A stretch of DNA of 63,958 bases, filler included, from Folioceros fuciformis (lineage: Eukaryota): the NCBI GenBank assembly GCA_049999805.1. It is 26 parts of 26 records of this genome, joined end to end, with 100 filler letters (N's around TTAATTAATTAA, not from the genome) between each part and the next. Parts side by side here need not be neighbours in the genome. Positions count along the whole stretch, not along the records: positions 11,899 to 13,232 come from JBNGIO010000175.1; positions 13,333 to 14,968 come from JBNGIO010000176.1; positions 15,069 to 17,851 come from JBNGIO010000177.1; positions 17,952 to 21,480 come from JBNGIO010000178.1; positions 21,581 to 26,938 come from JBNGIO010000179.1; 21 more parts are not named here. One strand, 5' to 3'. Positions within the stretch are counted from its first letter, which is position 1, and each line of letters begins with the position of its first letter. The position numbers were made by a program, and so were the translations under genes. Positions 11,899 to 25,200 of the stretch are shown here, piece after piece. Under the pieces are notes generated by a model that was not told where the DNA came from, did no database searches, and worked only from the letters and a program-made list of their open reading frames with translations.

Positions 11899-13232
11899 GG
11901 GCTCCCCTCCAGCTCCGATCAGGCGTATGACAGGCCTCGCTGTCCAGCGGTCAGCTGCACCTCCCTCGGTGCCCACAAACTTACTCCAGTCACTACAACG
12001 ACCCTAACCTCTCAGATCTGCAACTTCCCTCACTCTCTCGCTCCAGCACCAACACCAGCAACCAACAACGACACCACTACCTTCTACACTTCCCTACTGA
12101 CTCCTCCTACCCGGCTAGAGTCAGTAGACTAATCCCAAAGAAAAGAAAGAAGAACACACTCCCCTCTCGGATATCTCCTCCCCACAACCTTACCAGACGC
12201 CATGAAACATGGCCAGCCTACAGCACTTGTCCAAACAGGGAACAAGAGTGGATAGGTCGAGAGAAAGACACATCCTTTACAATGAAGAGCTAGGGGCAAG
12301 CCCCTTCACCCTGGTCATTACACCTTGTGATCCTACCAGACATTGTACAATCGGCAACACGCGGCTTGTGATCCTACCAGACGTTGCACAGCTGGCAACA
12401 CACTGCAGGTCCTAAACCAAGCAGGGACAGACCACAAGAGCTCATGAAGAGAGTACCTCCAAGAGCTCACGAAGTGACAGTCTGACTCCCAAAGTGAATG
12501 ACTACCTCCTCCTACAGGCTCACCCGATCTTATAGGAGCCTCTCTCTCTGACTTCACCTCTCTCTAACTTGACAAATATTATTTTAATAGGACCACTAGC
12601 CTAGCCGGCTGTCACCAGCCACTTACTTATTTAGACTTCTAGCACATCTTGTCACCAATGAGCTGGCCCTACCACCGCAAGGATCTACCACCTCTTAGAC
12701 TATCCTGAGACTTCGAAGGATGTCTGATCTTCAAAGATCTGCGGACGCCGCCTCTTCCTTGCTAGATGGCCGCCCGCTAAGTCTTCCCCTGCAACTGTTC
12801 ACCCTTGGTGGCTAAGCTAGCCTCCAGGGGAGGAATATGAGTAGTGGGAAAGATAGAGAGGAGGTAAGAAGCAATGGGATCAACAGCCAGAACCTGGCCT
12901 GAAAACGGTAGGTTATTCAACGGAATCAGCTTCCAGCCAAAAGGGTTCCTTGGTCATGGAAGATTGACCCTGGGGTGCTGGAATAGGCCCTGAACTAGGA
13001 GGAGAAGAAAGCAGGTGAAACAAAGTTGAATTGGAATTTCTGGAATTAAATCCAGGAAAATAGGGGTGAACATAGAAAAGGGGAAATTAGGAAAATAAAA
13101 AGAAACGAAATACGGGGATACATATATGGTATACATATCGATACATATTAAATATGTATCTGAACCGTATACGGTCCCTAAAACATTAGATTAGGGGCCA
13201 AGGGGAGGGAGAGGGATGCGGCATGCGGGATG
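11899..13232 (-). mobile_element. LTR family A, internal portion
   Basis: Overlaps 11340-11798 in sequence and continues into sequence whose reverse complement is at 43258-44060. Confidence 0.75.
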
Positions 13233-13332
13233 NNNNNNNNNNNNNNNNNNNNNNNNNNNNNNNNNNNNNNNNNNNNTTAATTAATTAANNNNNNNNNNNN
13301 NNNNNNNNNNNNNNNNNNNNNNNNNNNNNNNN

Positions 13333-13442
13333 GCCTAGATTAGGTCTAGGTCAGGCCTAGATTAGGTCTAGGTCAGGCCTAGATTAGGTCTAGGTCAGGC
13401 CTAGATTAGGTCTAGGTCAGGCCTAGATTAGGTTTAGGTCAG
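13333..13442. repeat. 22-bp tandem repeat x5 (GCCTAGATTAGGTCTAGGTCAG)
   Basis: Directly visible head-to-tail units at the contig start. Confidence 0.95.
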
Positions 13443-14277
13443 AACCGGATGTAGAATGGTTTAAGTCAGAGAGAGAGATGGTTAGGTAGTTGGCTCAAGT
13501 TAACCCTAGTAGACAGAGATGAGGGCTAGGCAGTACAAGAGGGGAAGCCTGCCATTGAGAGGAGGGTGGTCTACTGTGTGATGTCCCCGGACCTTGTGTG
13601 CGGAACTCCTGGCTTAGGGCGCTGAGCCGGTTGAGACCGAACCGAGGTCCTGATTCCCCTTGCCAATAGGGGAACGTGGAGATCCCAAGACTGTCAAAGA
13701 TCCGTGTGGCCGGATCCGCAAGGGCTGAATGATTTGCAGGCTGGCTGAAGTGAAGGAACAGGACCGTGAGCTGGAGGGCCATCCAGTCCTAGTGTCCACA
13801 CTATGCTTGGAGGTTGTAGGGAGTGAAGCCATTGTGTCCCAATTTCCAGGAGCGGCTGAAGAAAAGAGAGGAAGAGTTGGAGTGAAATGCGTAGAAGTGA
13901 AGAGTGAGCTGCTGAAGTGCAGGAATGTGTGTTGAAGTAGAGGGTGGAGGACTGAAGTGAAGAGGGAGGGACTGAAGTGGGAATCTTGAAGAGCTGAGGT
14001 GAAGGAGGAAGTGGCTGAAGTGGGAATCAAGAAGAGCTGATGGACTGAAGAACAGGGGTGTGAGTTGGGCGAGCTGACTTAGGGGGTAGGTTAGGCTTCT
14101 AGCCTTTTTGTTGTGTGTGTATGGACAGGCCTATAGACCGGCTGATAGGTAGAAGTGTGATAGGTAGTGTTCCTTGGCACTAGTTCACTCCTTTGGGAGC
14201 GAACCATAGGACTGCAACGACAATAGGGGAATGTGTGGCCCCTTGGGTGGTTCTTGGGTGCAAGAAATAACTCCACA
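13443..14277 (+). mobile_element. 3' part of a family C LTR, inserted into a family A LTR
   Basis: Ends ...CAAGAAATAACTCCACA (matches the reverse complement of 5420-5445). Family A sequence resumes at 14278 with no PBS. Confidence 0.75.
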
Positions 14278-14968
14278 CTCACTCTCTCACTCCAACACCA
14301 ACACCAGCAACCAACAACGACACCACTACCTTCTACACTTCCCTACTAACTCCTCCGACCCGGCAAGAGTCACTGGACTAACCCCAAAGAAAAGAAAGAA
14401 GGGAACACACTCCCCTCTCGGATATCTCCTCCCCACAACCTTACCAGATGCCATGAAACATGACCGGCCTACAGCACTTGTTCAAATAGGGAACAAGAGT
14501 GGACAGGTTGAGAGAAAGACGCATCCTTTACAATCAAGGGCTAGGGGCAAGCCCCTTCACCCTGGTCATTACACCTTGTGATCCTACCAGACACTATACA
14601 ACCGGCAACATGCGGCTTGCCATCCTACTAGACGTTGCATAGCCGGCAACACACTGCAGGTCCTAAACCAAGCAGGGACAAACCACAAGAGCTCATGAAG
14701 AGAGTACCTCCAAGAGCTCACGAAGTGACAAACTGACTCCCAAAGTGAATGACTCCCTCCTCCTACAGGCTCACCTGATCTTATAGGAGCGTCTCTCTCT
14801 CTGTCTTCACCTCTCTCTCTAACTTGACAAATATTATTTTAATGGGACCACTAGCCTAGCCGGCTGTCACCAGCCACTTATTTAGACTTCTAGCACATCC
14901 TGCCACCAATAAGCTGGCCCTACCACCACAAGGATCTACCACCTCTTAGACTATCCTGAGACTTTGGA
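14278..14968 (-). mobile_element. LTR family A, internal portion
   Basis: Matches 12030-12718. Confidence 0.75.
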
Positions 14969-15068
14969 NNNNNNNNNNNNNNNNNNNNNNNNNNNNNNNN
15001 NNNNNNNNNNNNTTAATTAATTAANNNNNNNNNNNNNNNNNNNNNNNNNNNNNNNNNNNNNNNNNNNN

Positions 15069-17851
15069 CTATAGTTATACTACTATTATAGTATATACTT
15101 ACTAACTATTCTTATCTATTTCTAGAAAATATATTATTTCTTTAATATAGAATTATATCTAATACTAGTTATTACTAATATTCTATACTAGAGTAGAGTA
15201 TAAATACTACTTAATTTATACTAATAGAATATTCTTATAGATAAAGTCTTTATTAATTAATAAAACTAATACTCTAGTATCTAGTATAATAATAATAAGT
15301 CTACTATTAGAAGTAAATTTAGTATAGGCTTAAAGATACTAGTATTATTTCTATACTATCTTAAAGCTACTAATTTATCTAGTACTTAAGTAATATATTA
15401 GTAAATCTATATTTATAGTAGAAATAAATTACTATTTATTTCTACTACTATTTATATCTTTAGTAAGTATAGTAACTATATTACTTTTTATATTTAGTAG
15501 TAATAGAGTCTTATTTATATTAATAATACCTATTAGTTTTTTACTATATATATAAAGTATTCTTCGAATTCTTTATTACTTATATAATAGTTCTTTTAAT
15601 AAATATAGTACTATAGCGTATTATTTATTATAAATATAGCTCTATATACTTTATATTATTTAAGGTATATATAGTTATTACTACTATCTACTAAATTCTT
15701 AGTAGGCTCTTCTAAAGAAAAGAATATTAGCTTTTAATATATAACTAATATATAATATATATAGTTAGGTCTATTCTCTATATAATTAGATATATAGAAT
15801 AGAGCTAGTTTTTATTTAGATTTATACTCTAATTCTTATTTACTTTCTAATATCTACTATTTAACTTTTTTCTTATAGTACTCTATATAGCCTTAGTCTA
15901 GATAAGCTAGATAATCTTCTTTAGTAACTATATATACTCTAGTAGTTTAGTTATTATAATTTCTACTACTCTATAGCTAAGAATCTAGTTAGTAGAGTTA
16001 GTTATTTACTAAATTATAGTTTCTTTCTACTTAAGAGTTAAATAGCTTAGTAAAGTTTCTAGTTTTTTCTTTTATAAGTTACTACTATAAGTTAAATAGT
16101 TATTTAGACTACTAGCTTAGCTTATTACTAGTATTTTTACTACTATATTCTAGAGTAGTAGATTCGCGTTCTTAATACTATAACGAAGATCTCTAGTAAC
16201 TTACTAAGGCTAAGTAGAATTATAGGTAATATAAACTTATTATATTAGCTTTATAGCTATATTTTTACTTTAAAACTTTTACTCTATTCTTAAACTACTT
16301 TATAAAGTAGTAAAAGATAAGTTAGTCTATACTAAAATTAATATAAAATAGCTATAAGTTTTTTTCTAGTTTTATAAAGATAGAAATTATCTATCTCTAC
16401 TAGTTATATTTTTAGTTATTATAGCTAGTATCTTTTAAGTATTATACTACTTTATTTATAAATACTATAATAGATTTTTCTTCTTTAAGATTCTTTTTAG
16501 TATAGTAGAGTTTCTTAAGATTATAGTAAGTTTCTACTATATATAGACTAAACTTTATAAGTAGAAGAAAGTTTTAATTTTCTAATACTACTCTACTATA
16601 TACTTATATTTTAGTACTTTTTATAACCTATAAATTAAACTATTATAGAGTACTTTCTTATAAATATTTAAAGAAATAGCTTTATATAATAAAGTTAAAA
16701 TAGATAGTATATATAGGTTCTACTACTTAAATAAAGTTATAGATATATTTATAACTAGTTTTACTTTATTCTACTAAGAGACTATTTATATTAGAGTTTA
16801 TAATATTAGAGTTAAAGTAACTAATATTATCTAGCTTAAACTTAAAGTCTCTACTTATTATCTTAACTCTAATAGTAATTACCTTTATCTTGTCTTCTAT
16901 AGAGAAGATAGTATAGTAATTATTACTATAGTTAATAGATAATAGTCTTATATATTCTACTACTATAGAGTTCTCTATAAGTAGAACTAAGTTAGTATTT
17001 AATATCTATAAGACTAAAAGTAACTAAGATTAGTATATATATACTTATACTAGCGCTTATACTATCTATAGAGAATATAGCTTATATATAGATATATACT
17101 AAGTAAATAGAATATTTACTATATATATATAAGTAAGTAAATATTATAAACCTAGAGTAAAGTAGTATAGTAAGTTATTTATAAAGAAATAATAGCTAGT
17201 TAACTCTACGTATAAGTAATATAAAAATAATTATATAATTTTCTTAGACTCTTATATATAAGAAAAGATTTAGTATTAGTTCTCTATATAAAATATACAA
17301 GAAACTCTTAAACTCTTCTAGATAAAGAAAGTAAGAAATATAAGTATATAGATATTATAATTTAGTATTATTAGAATATCGTAATTAACTTAGTTATCTA
17401 ACTTAGATACTATACTTAAGACTACTTAGTTATTTTAACTTCTATTTATTAAACTTATTCTATCTATAAAACTTAACCTAAGTATCTCTATACTTAATAC
17501 CTATATTTATTATATATTCTAAGTACTTTATATACTCTTAAGTATAGTCTATAATACTTTAATTATCTTTAAGATAAGTAATACTTTAATAAATATTCTT
17601 AGCTCTAGAAGTAATAAATACTATAAGATTACTAAGAAACTAGATCTCTACTATAGTAAATATAAAAAGCTTAAAATATAGCTTATATAGTAGAATACGT
17701 ACTTCTATTTAGAAGAAGACGATATTAATAAAGAAAAGTAAATTCTACTTATCTTAACCTATATAAGAAGTAAGATAGCTAACTAGATAAAATTCTATAT
17801 AACTTATTATATAAATAATAATATTACTAATTCTATAAATAATAGAATAAT
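15069..17851. other. RIP-degenerated repeat contig, probably of ascomycete fungal origin
   Basis: Extremely AT- and TpA-rich. A visual scan found only one TG (16891) and one CA (17298) in 2.8 kb. Confidence 0.8.
17625..17851 (+). pseudogene. gag: RIP-mutated fungal Ty3/gypsy gag N-terminus
   Basis: Reads KITKKLDLYYSKYKKLKI*LI**NTYFYLEEDDINKEK*ILLILTYIRSKIAN*IKFY. Reverting only T>C and A>G gives KIAKKPDLYHGEREKLETWLMQWDTYFHLEGDDIDEEKQILLVSTYMRGKAADWIKPY, a typical fungal gypsy gag pattern. The reconstruction is an inference. Confidence 0.65.
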
Positions 17852-17951
17852 NNNNNNNNNNNNNNNNNNNNNNNNNNNNNNNNNNNNNNNNNNNNTTAAT
17901 TAATTAANNNNNNNNNNNNNNNNNNNNNNNNNNNNNNNNNNNNNNNNNNNN

Positions 17952-20020
17952 TTACCTTTGCTGAATGGCGCACTTGGTCTTCAGTGGGAGCATCCAAGGA
18001 TTCCTCCATTGATGATTCAGACATATCCGCCTTCCCTGATTCGCAATTTGACTAGACTGATCACAGCACCCCAGTTCTCCCCGTTGAGGATGTTGCCCCT
18101 GTGGGGGGGGAAGATCCGGTTGATGATTTAGGTGATTCTGCAGGTTTTGAGCTTGTTGGCCTTGATGATGCCATTGAAGTACCTGTACAGCCAGATGTTC
18201 CAGATCATCCTCCGGATCCACATGACTACCATCCTCAAGAACAAGTTGTTGATATCATTGAGCCTACCCTAGACGCTGACTTACCTGATCTACCACAAGT
18301 TGTAGAAGAACCTGGTAGACGGTATCCATCCCGTCAGCGTCAACCTCCAGATTACTACTGTGCTTTGGACTTTCGTCCATCTTCCTCTTATGTGCTCGTC
18401 AACGCTGCAAGTTCACTTGATCCTATTGAGCCTCAGTCATATGAAGAGGCACTGCGTCAACCTGATCACAAAGAATGGCGGAAAGCTATTCAGTCAGAAT
18501 ATGACTCATTAATTGAAAACGGAACATGGGAACTGGTGGAGTTACCTCCTGACAGAAAGCTGGTTTCATGCAAGTGGGTCTTTAAACTTAAAGTCAAAGC
18601 GGATGGTACCTTTGACCGGTACAAGGCTCGTTTGGTGGCGAGGGGATTTTCTCAAATCCCTGGCTTGGATTATCTTGAAACGTTCTCACCAGTTGTTAAG
18701 CTCTCCACACTTCGTATCCTCCTTGCAATATCAACATACTATGATTATGAGATACAGATGTATGATGTTAAAACTGCATTCCTATATGGCAAGATTGATA
18801 CAGAGATATACATGCAACAACCACCAGGGTACGAAGTGAAAGGAAAGGAAAACTATGCATGTAAACTGATCAAGTGTATATACGGGTTAAAACAATCAGC
18901 AATGAAATGGAATGCTGCTTTAGACACAGAACTTCTACAGCTTGGGTTCACAAAGAGCCAAGCTGACAGCAGCTTGTACATATACTTGAAAGGAGAGGTT
19001 ATATGCTACCTAGCAGTCTATGTGGACGATTTGATACTATCCAGTAACAGCCAAGCATTCATAACAAGTATAACTGATGTATTGGCCACCAAATTCAAGA
19101 TGTCCTGTTTAGGCCCCCTATAGAGTTGCCTAGGGATACACATCCAACGGAACAGGAAGACTTGGGTCATGACTCTGACTCAACCACGTTACCTCTTGGA
19201 TTGTGTCGAGCAGCTTGGCCTCAAGGATGCTAAGCCTGCATCAACGCCCATGGCAGCGGGTCAAAAACTAAGCAAGACCATGTCACCTGTAACTAGAGAC
19301 AAAAAGGCACAAGTGAAAAACATACCCTATAGACAGGGTGTTGGCAAGTTGATATACGCCAGTAATACAACAAGACCAGAGATTGCTTACACTACGAGTG
19401 TATTGTCACAGTTTCTGGAAAATCCAGGTGTGGAGCACTGGACAAGTCTTAAGCGTGCATTCAAATACCTGAAAGGTACATCTAAGTTAGGGATTACGTA
19501 TAAGCATAAAAAAGGACAGCCCTTGGACCTTGAAGTCTTTACAGACTCGGACTATGCCGGTGATATCGACAGCAGAAAGTCGGTTTCAGGATATGTGATT
19601 TCCATAGCAGCAGGTCCAGTGTGTTGGTCAAGCAAAAAGCAACCAACAGTTGCTTTGTCTTCAACGGAAGCAGAATATCGGGTCCTGACCGCGGCTGCAA
19701 AGGAAATCGTTTGGTGTCAATTGCTATTTAAGGAGCTAGGTATTCAAATACCAACGTGCATCACTATACATACTGACAATCAAGGCTTAATGGCCTTGGC
19801 GAGAAATCCAGTTCTTCATTCGAGAACGAAGCATGTAGAGGTAGAATACCACTACATACGGGGGCTCGTGAATGAAGGCAAAATAGATTTACAATATGTC
19901 CTGACGCAGGATAATCCAGCAGACATATTGACAAAAGCCTTAAGCAGAGAATTACACTTTAAGCACATGCAACGTTTGGGCATAGGAGATGCAGAAGCAC
20001 TCCTATCCAATTCAGAGTAA
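17952..20020 (+). mobile_element. pol: Ty1/copia pol (integrase tail, RT, RNase H); one in-frame stop at 19121-19123
   Basis: EPQSYEEA, YKARLVARGF, DVKTAFL, IYGLKQS, YVDD, FTDSDYAG, SSTEAEY, HSRTKHVEVEYHY. The linker region is homologous to the element at 29275-29820. Confidence 0.95.
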
Positions 20021-20031
20021 ACCATCTACTT

Positions 20032-20941
20032 CTAAAAGCCCGAGGAGACTGAGTTATCAGAATTAGATATCATGTCTAACACTATCTCAGTTCTAGCCTC
20101 AACAGTGTCAAAGGTAGACTCATCTCTAGTCTTGAAGGAGGCATTGGGCGCCCAGTCTTTGCAAGGCTTCAGGCGGCACAATTCTTTATACTTGGCTTCA
20201 TCACCAGTCGCTCTCGCTTCTTCCAACATCTTCCACTCCTCCCTGATACGCCTAGTGGACTCTGTCCACAGCAAGTGGGAGCAGTCAGTAAAACCACAAG
20301 CAACTTGAAGACAGCAACTTCAGCAGTAGTGAAAAGCAGTGAACGGGGTTTGTAATCTTAATGTACAGACTAACAACATGCCCAGGAAAGCATCTACAGC
20401 GGAGGACTTTCACCCTCTTCATCGTCAGTTCCTCCGAGTCAACCCAAGCTTTGTACCAGATCGGAGAGCAAGGGAACTCCAGGGTGCCATAGGTCACAAC
20501 CTTCGTCTCTTCACCACGACACTTGGGCTTTGGTAGGCATACCGGGATGCGGCTCTTGGAGCCGTCACTGTAGTATGCCACATCCAAGTTGAGCACTCTG
20601 GTAAAGGGCAAAACCACGAACTCTTCTTCTTCTACAGGCGCAGGGGGTGGTGATGGCTGTCGCTAAGGCGCAGAGGGACCAGCCATGTTGGAAACAGTCT
20701 GCACCACACCGCGTTTGTTGCGCTCCAGAAACTCCTTGGTAGTTCCCAGCGGCCGTCCAGGTTTCCAATCCGCCGTTGTATGAGTTCGCAAAGGAACCTG
20801 GTGATCAAGAACAAGAAACAGATTGCAGCAGCGCACCTGAGCTCGGGAGCTTTCATACAGGTGTCTGTACCAGGCGGTGGCATCTTCACTGGCGATGCTC
20901 ACAGCTGGAACGTAATCGAGTATGTGTTCTGTTCGAGTTCC
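20032..20941 (-). CDS. Antisense accessory ORF(s) between copia RNase H and the putative PPT/3' LTR; unknown function, degenerate
   Basis: ORFs 20663-20902 and 20285-20617 are one frame split by a single TAG. ORF 20032-20274 follows in another frame and stops 11 nt from the pol stop. Putative PPT AAAGGGG plus TGT at 21105-21114. Confidence 0.5.
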
Positions 20942-22123
20942 TCACTAGGAGTCAACAGCGAGGGGTACAAGCCGTTGTGTACTTCACCGAATTATTATCA
21001 GCAAGTGGGAGTATTGGATAATATGTGCTAATTAATAATTGCGGCTAGTTATTATAGTTTAAAATAATTTAACTTACCCGTTCACTAGGGTTACACCGCT
21101 TAGCAAAGGGGTGTACCGTTTCGTAAGTAGCTGTAGTTTAAGTTGGGCTTATTTATCAAGAATACATACACATGACAAGCATGAATGTAATGTAATATAG
21201 CCAATTAATGTAAATATGTTTCTGCATATTTTCTTTAATCTGAAAAACAATGATAGGAGCGATAGTGGAGAGGAATGAGATGGAGAGAAAGATACCAAGG
21301 TGGATCAACAAGTCCGTTTATTACTCAATGTCGAAACAAATGAGAATGCTTGTGGTTATCTTCTCGATCTAAGAGTGTCCTTCTCATATTGTCTTTGACC
21401 CCAAGTTTGACAAATGGAGTAATGGGATGGAAGAAAAATCAACTTAACTATCCTACTTTAACCATCCATCATCCACTCGCNNNNNNNNNNNNNNNNNNNN
21501 NNNNNNNNNNNNNNNNNNNNNNNNTTAATTAATTAANNNNNNNNNNNNNNNNNNNNNNNNNNNNNNNNNNNNNNNNNNNNCAAATATATAGTGGGGAGGA
21601 CGCTCACCAATTAAGCACCTCGCCTAGGTAGTTTACTTTGCTGCCTTTTCGGTCCATTTACCGTTCTAAATTATTCATTTTAGATGGTAATATAGATTCC
21701 CATAGTTATACAAAAAGCATAGTCTAATTTAGGGCACGCATTCTAGGATAATTTGGATTTAAGGATATTAAGTGGCTTGGATACATACTTGTTATTGCAA
21801 GGTCTCTTTTTCCTAGAAAAGCATATTATGTTTGGCTTGGAAGGGGTAAGTATGGAATACCAATACGGTCACATGGGCTTTCACACAAAGTTTTGCGCTT
21901 CCATATATGAACAAACCTTAGGGTGTGATAATATTTTCTTCCTCACACGTTTTGGATCCGTCTCTTTTATGGAATATCGATACGGTCATGTTGGCTCTCA
22001 CGCAAAGTTTTGCACGACGATATATGGTCCAAACTTTTGGCCGTAACACATTAGCCCTCTTCGGTCATAGGGCGCATTTTATGCGGCAGTATACGGTCCA
22101 AACTTTTGGCCGTAACACATCAG

Positions 22124-22290
22124 CCGTGATGTGGCTATGTACACCATACTGAGGTGGGCTCGGTAATGTGGCTATGTATACCATAATGAGGTGGGCTCCG
22201 TGATGTGACTATGTACACCATACTGAGGTGGGCTCCGTGATGTGGCTATGTACACTATACTGAGGTGGGCTCCGTGATGTGGCTATGTAC
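22124..22290. repeat. 37-bp tandem repeat x4.5 (CCGTGATGTGGCTATGTACACCATACTGAGGTGGGCT)
   Basis: Head-to-tail units; single degenerate units also occur near 24015 and 25690 within a locally duplicated repeat. Confidence 0.9.
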
Positions 22291-25200
22291 AGTACGAGCA
22301 TCTATACTTAGATTCTGAGGTATATTTACGTATGAAGTACGTATTTGAAAAAAAAAACATGTGTGTCCACCCACTATCCCTATTGATATTCTATATCTCT
22401 CGCTCACATTCATTCATTTTCTTTTTTGTTAGGGTTAGAGTTTGTGGTTCAGCATCCATCCTCCAAATGCAAGGTTGTCTTGTGTGCACACATCTTTCTC
22501 CCCTCCATGCACACCCCTACCTGGCCTCAGGTTCATTTCCGGGTATTCGTCACTCCAGTCCACAACCTGCTAAAGGGGACCTCCCTTTCGTGCCTTCCTC
22601 ACTTTGCAATTACGTGGATGTGAGGAGGACAAGGAGGACAAACAAATGGTATGAGGTTTGCATAACCTTAGTAGGGAATGAAATGCCCACAGTAGACGTT
22701 TGATTAGTGAGTTGAGGACTGTCCTCTGATGTCAAAGCTTGTGATCTATCTTGTTTCCAGCCTTAATGGCTTGTGGACCCGCGCGGCTCTACTTTCTATT
22801 CGATTACTACAGTAGTTGTGCGAGGTGACTTGTTTGCCTCATATGAGCCTTCAACAGTTTAGGCTTTGATGCTCACAGCTTATGGAGCAGTTGTTCATTG
22901 AGGACAACACGTGCTGCTTTATGCATAAGCAAAATGTGTATAGGAGGTAGGGATGATGAAAATGAAGGCACTTGATATGAAAGCAAAGCAAGTTCGACAT
23001 TTCTTGTAACCCTAAACATCCACTTTGCATGCTTACATAGTTCAAGTATGTTCACTCTTTTTGTGCCTTTGTTACAGGTTAGTGTCACTAAATTGCTGTA
23101 CCAACAGATGCAACTCGATGGTTTGCATGAAGATAGTGAAGGCTATGCAAAGCTGGTAAATCTATATGCCCAACTCTTTGAAGGAGTTGGAATTGAATAG
23201 AAGGTAGGTAAGCTTTAGTAAATATATTTATGCTCATTGCAAGAGGTGCTAATGTGCTAACTTGGAAGACAACTCCTCTTGTTATGAGCACTAATGAAAG
23301 TCAGTGCAGTTGTTCAATTCCCAAGAAAGTGTTAGGCATTGGTTGAGTTTCCTGACCTCTGAGCAGTGACATTTGTGTATGTCCGCCTATTGTGTTAGGA
23401 ACCATTGGCCACAGCAGTTGTGGCAAAACATGGAACCAGATAGGGAAATCTTACACACATACATATGAGTTTGTGGTGCGAAGATCGTCCACAGGCTCAA
23501 AGTGCCTTGAATACTGGGTTTTGTTAAAGCCCTACGTGAAGGCAGAAGCTACCATAAGCTATTAGATGACATGAACCTGAAATTTGTGAGACCAATTGCT
23601 GTGTGGTAGTAGCAAACGTATCCCTAATAGTGAAAGACGATTAACTGTTAAGATTTACATTCAGTTTGCAAGCATCCTGAATACAAAGGGTCTAATATCC
23701 CAATGGTGGAGGGCACAAACCTTGCAACCCATTTCATGCCACCTTTAAACCCTTCGGGCTGGAGGGAAGGAGGTGAAGGGTGATAGGCTTGTCATGCATG
23801 CAAGGCTCTTCCTCCTCCTTCATGATGTCTTACTCCTAATTGATCACCCTTCAATGCGATGTGCCCGCAACGAACCCTAAACCCTTAGCGATGCAAGGAC
23901 AACGGTGGTTTTTTCCTTTATGTAACTCGTCCTTAAAAACATGTCATGTTGTGCATGAACCCTAAATAAAAATTTCTGTCCCTATCTGTCCACAAAGGAA
24001 AAAATAATATGGTGTACTATATTGAGGTGGGCCCCGTGACGAGGGTGTGGCATCTGTATTAGATTCTAGGGCATGTTCTCATATGAAGTACGTATTTGGG
24101 AAAATAAAATAAAATTAGTGTGTTAGCCATTGTTATGACATACCAAATCGGATAGAGAGGAGGGTGTACTATTTTATGGTTTCCACCTCGGGTATCTAAA
24201 GAAATATACCCAAAGATGCTGTTTTCATGCTGTCCGAGTTGAGCATCATTCCAAAACGGACTTTTTCCCACACCAGACACTCATATCTGAAAGCAGAATT
24301 CAATTGCAAAACATCACAAGGTTAATTCCACACAGAACACAAAATTCAGTTGGAACCAATCATTACTGGGTAAAAGAATTATAAACCACCCGTAACGCAT
24401 AATTGCACTGCCATCGGAGCGTCGCTTCATGGCACCATGATCAGCATAAACACATGTCTTGCAAAGTGTATTTGGAAACTATACTATTCTTTTGGAAACT
24501 ATACCATTCTTCTGGAAACTATACCATTCTTTTGTAGGAGCTCGCTTCTGTAGGATCATCACCTACTGCATGCATCGTGCATCCAACATCCTACCTAAAA
24601 CAAAGGGCCTTAGCTCCCGCGTCTAGTGATATTCTTTGAAGGCCTACCTAAAACAAAGGGCCTTAGCCCTTGCGTCTAGTGATATTCTTTGAACGATATT
24701 TCAACCGAACGTATGAATGGCTGGTTTGGATTTTTTTCTTCATAAGCTAAATATTTGTGCGCAAGGCCAAACCGGATAGGCTCACTCTTTACAAGAAGTT
24801 TTCCGCCAGACCCCCTCTCTTCGGTTTGATATGCTATACACTATCCCTATCGATATTCATGTTTGCATGTTTTATAAGTTCCAAATGAGTATATTTAGGG
24901 CTTAATAAGATATATGAAGTAAGGAACTTTATATCCTTGGATCACGTCCCTATTATGGAATACTGATACGGTCATGCTGGCTTTCACACAAAGTTTTGCG
25001 TAGCAGTATATGGTTATATGGTCCAAACTTTTGGCCGTAACACATCTGCCCCTTTCGGTTGTAGGGCACCATGTATGCGTCTTGATCGGGACAAACCCTC
25101 ACCCTTACCCTTTCGGTTGTAGGGCACCATGTATGCGTCTTGATCGGGACAAACCTTCACCCTTTCGGATCCGTCTCTCACTCACATTCATTCACTTTTT

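Noticed and set aside
15069-17851. AT-rich contig as organellar or ordinary AT-rich intergenic DNA
   Set aside because: Specific loss of CA/TG plus a recoverable gag frame fits RIP; no organellar genes or tRNAs are visible.
22124-22290. 37-bp repeat array as a CRISPR array (likewise 13333, 33824, 59427, 59659)
   Set aside because: Units are head-to-tail with no unique spacers, there are no cas genes, and the context is eukaryotic.
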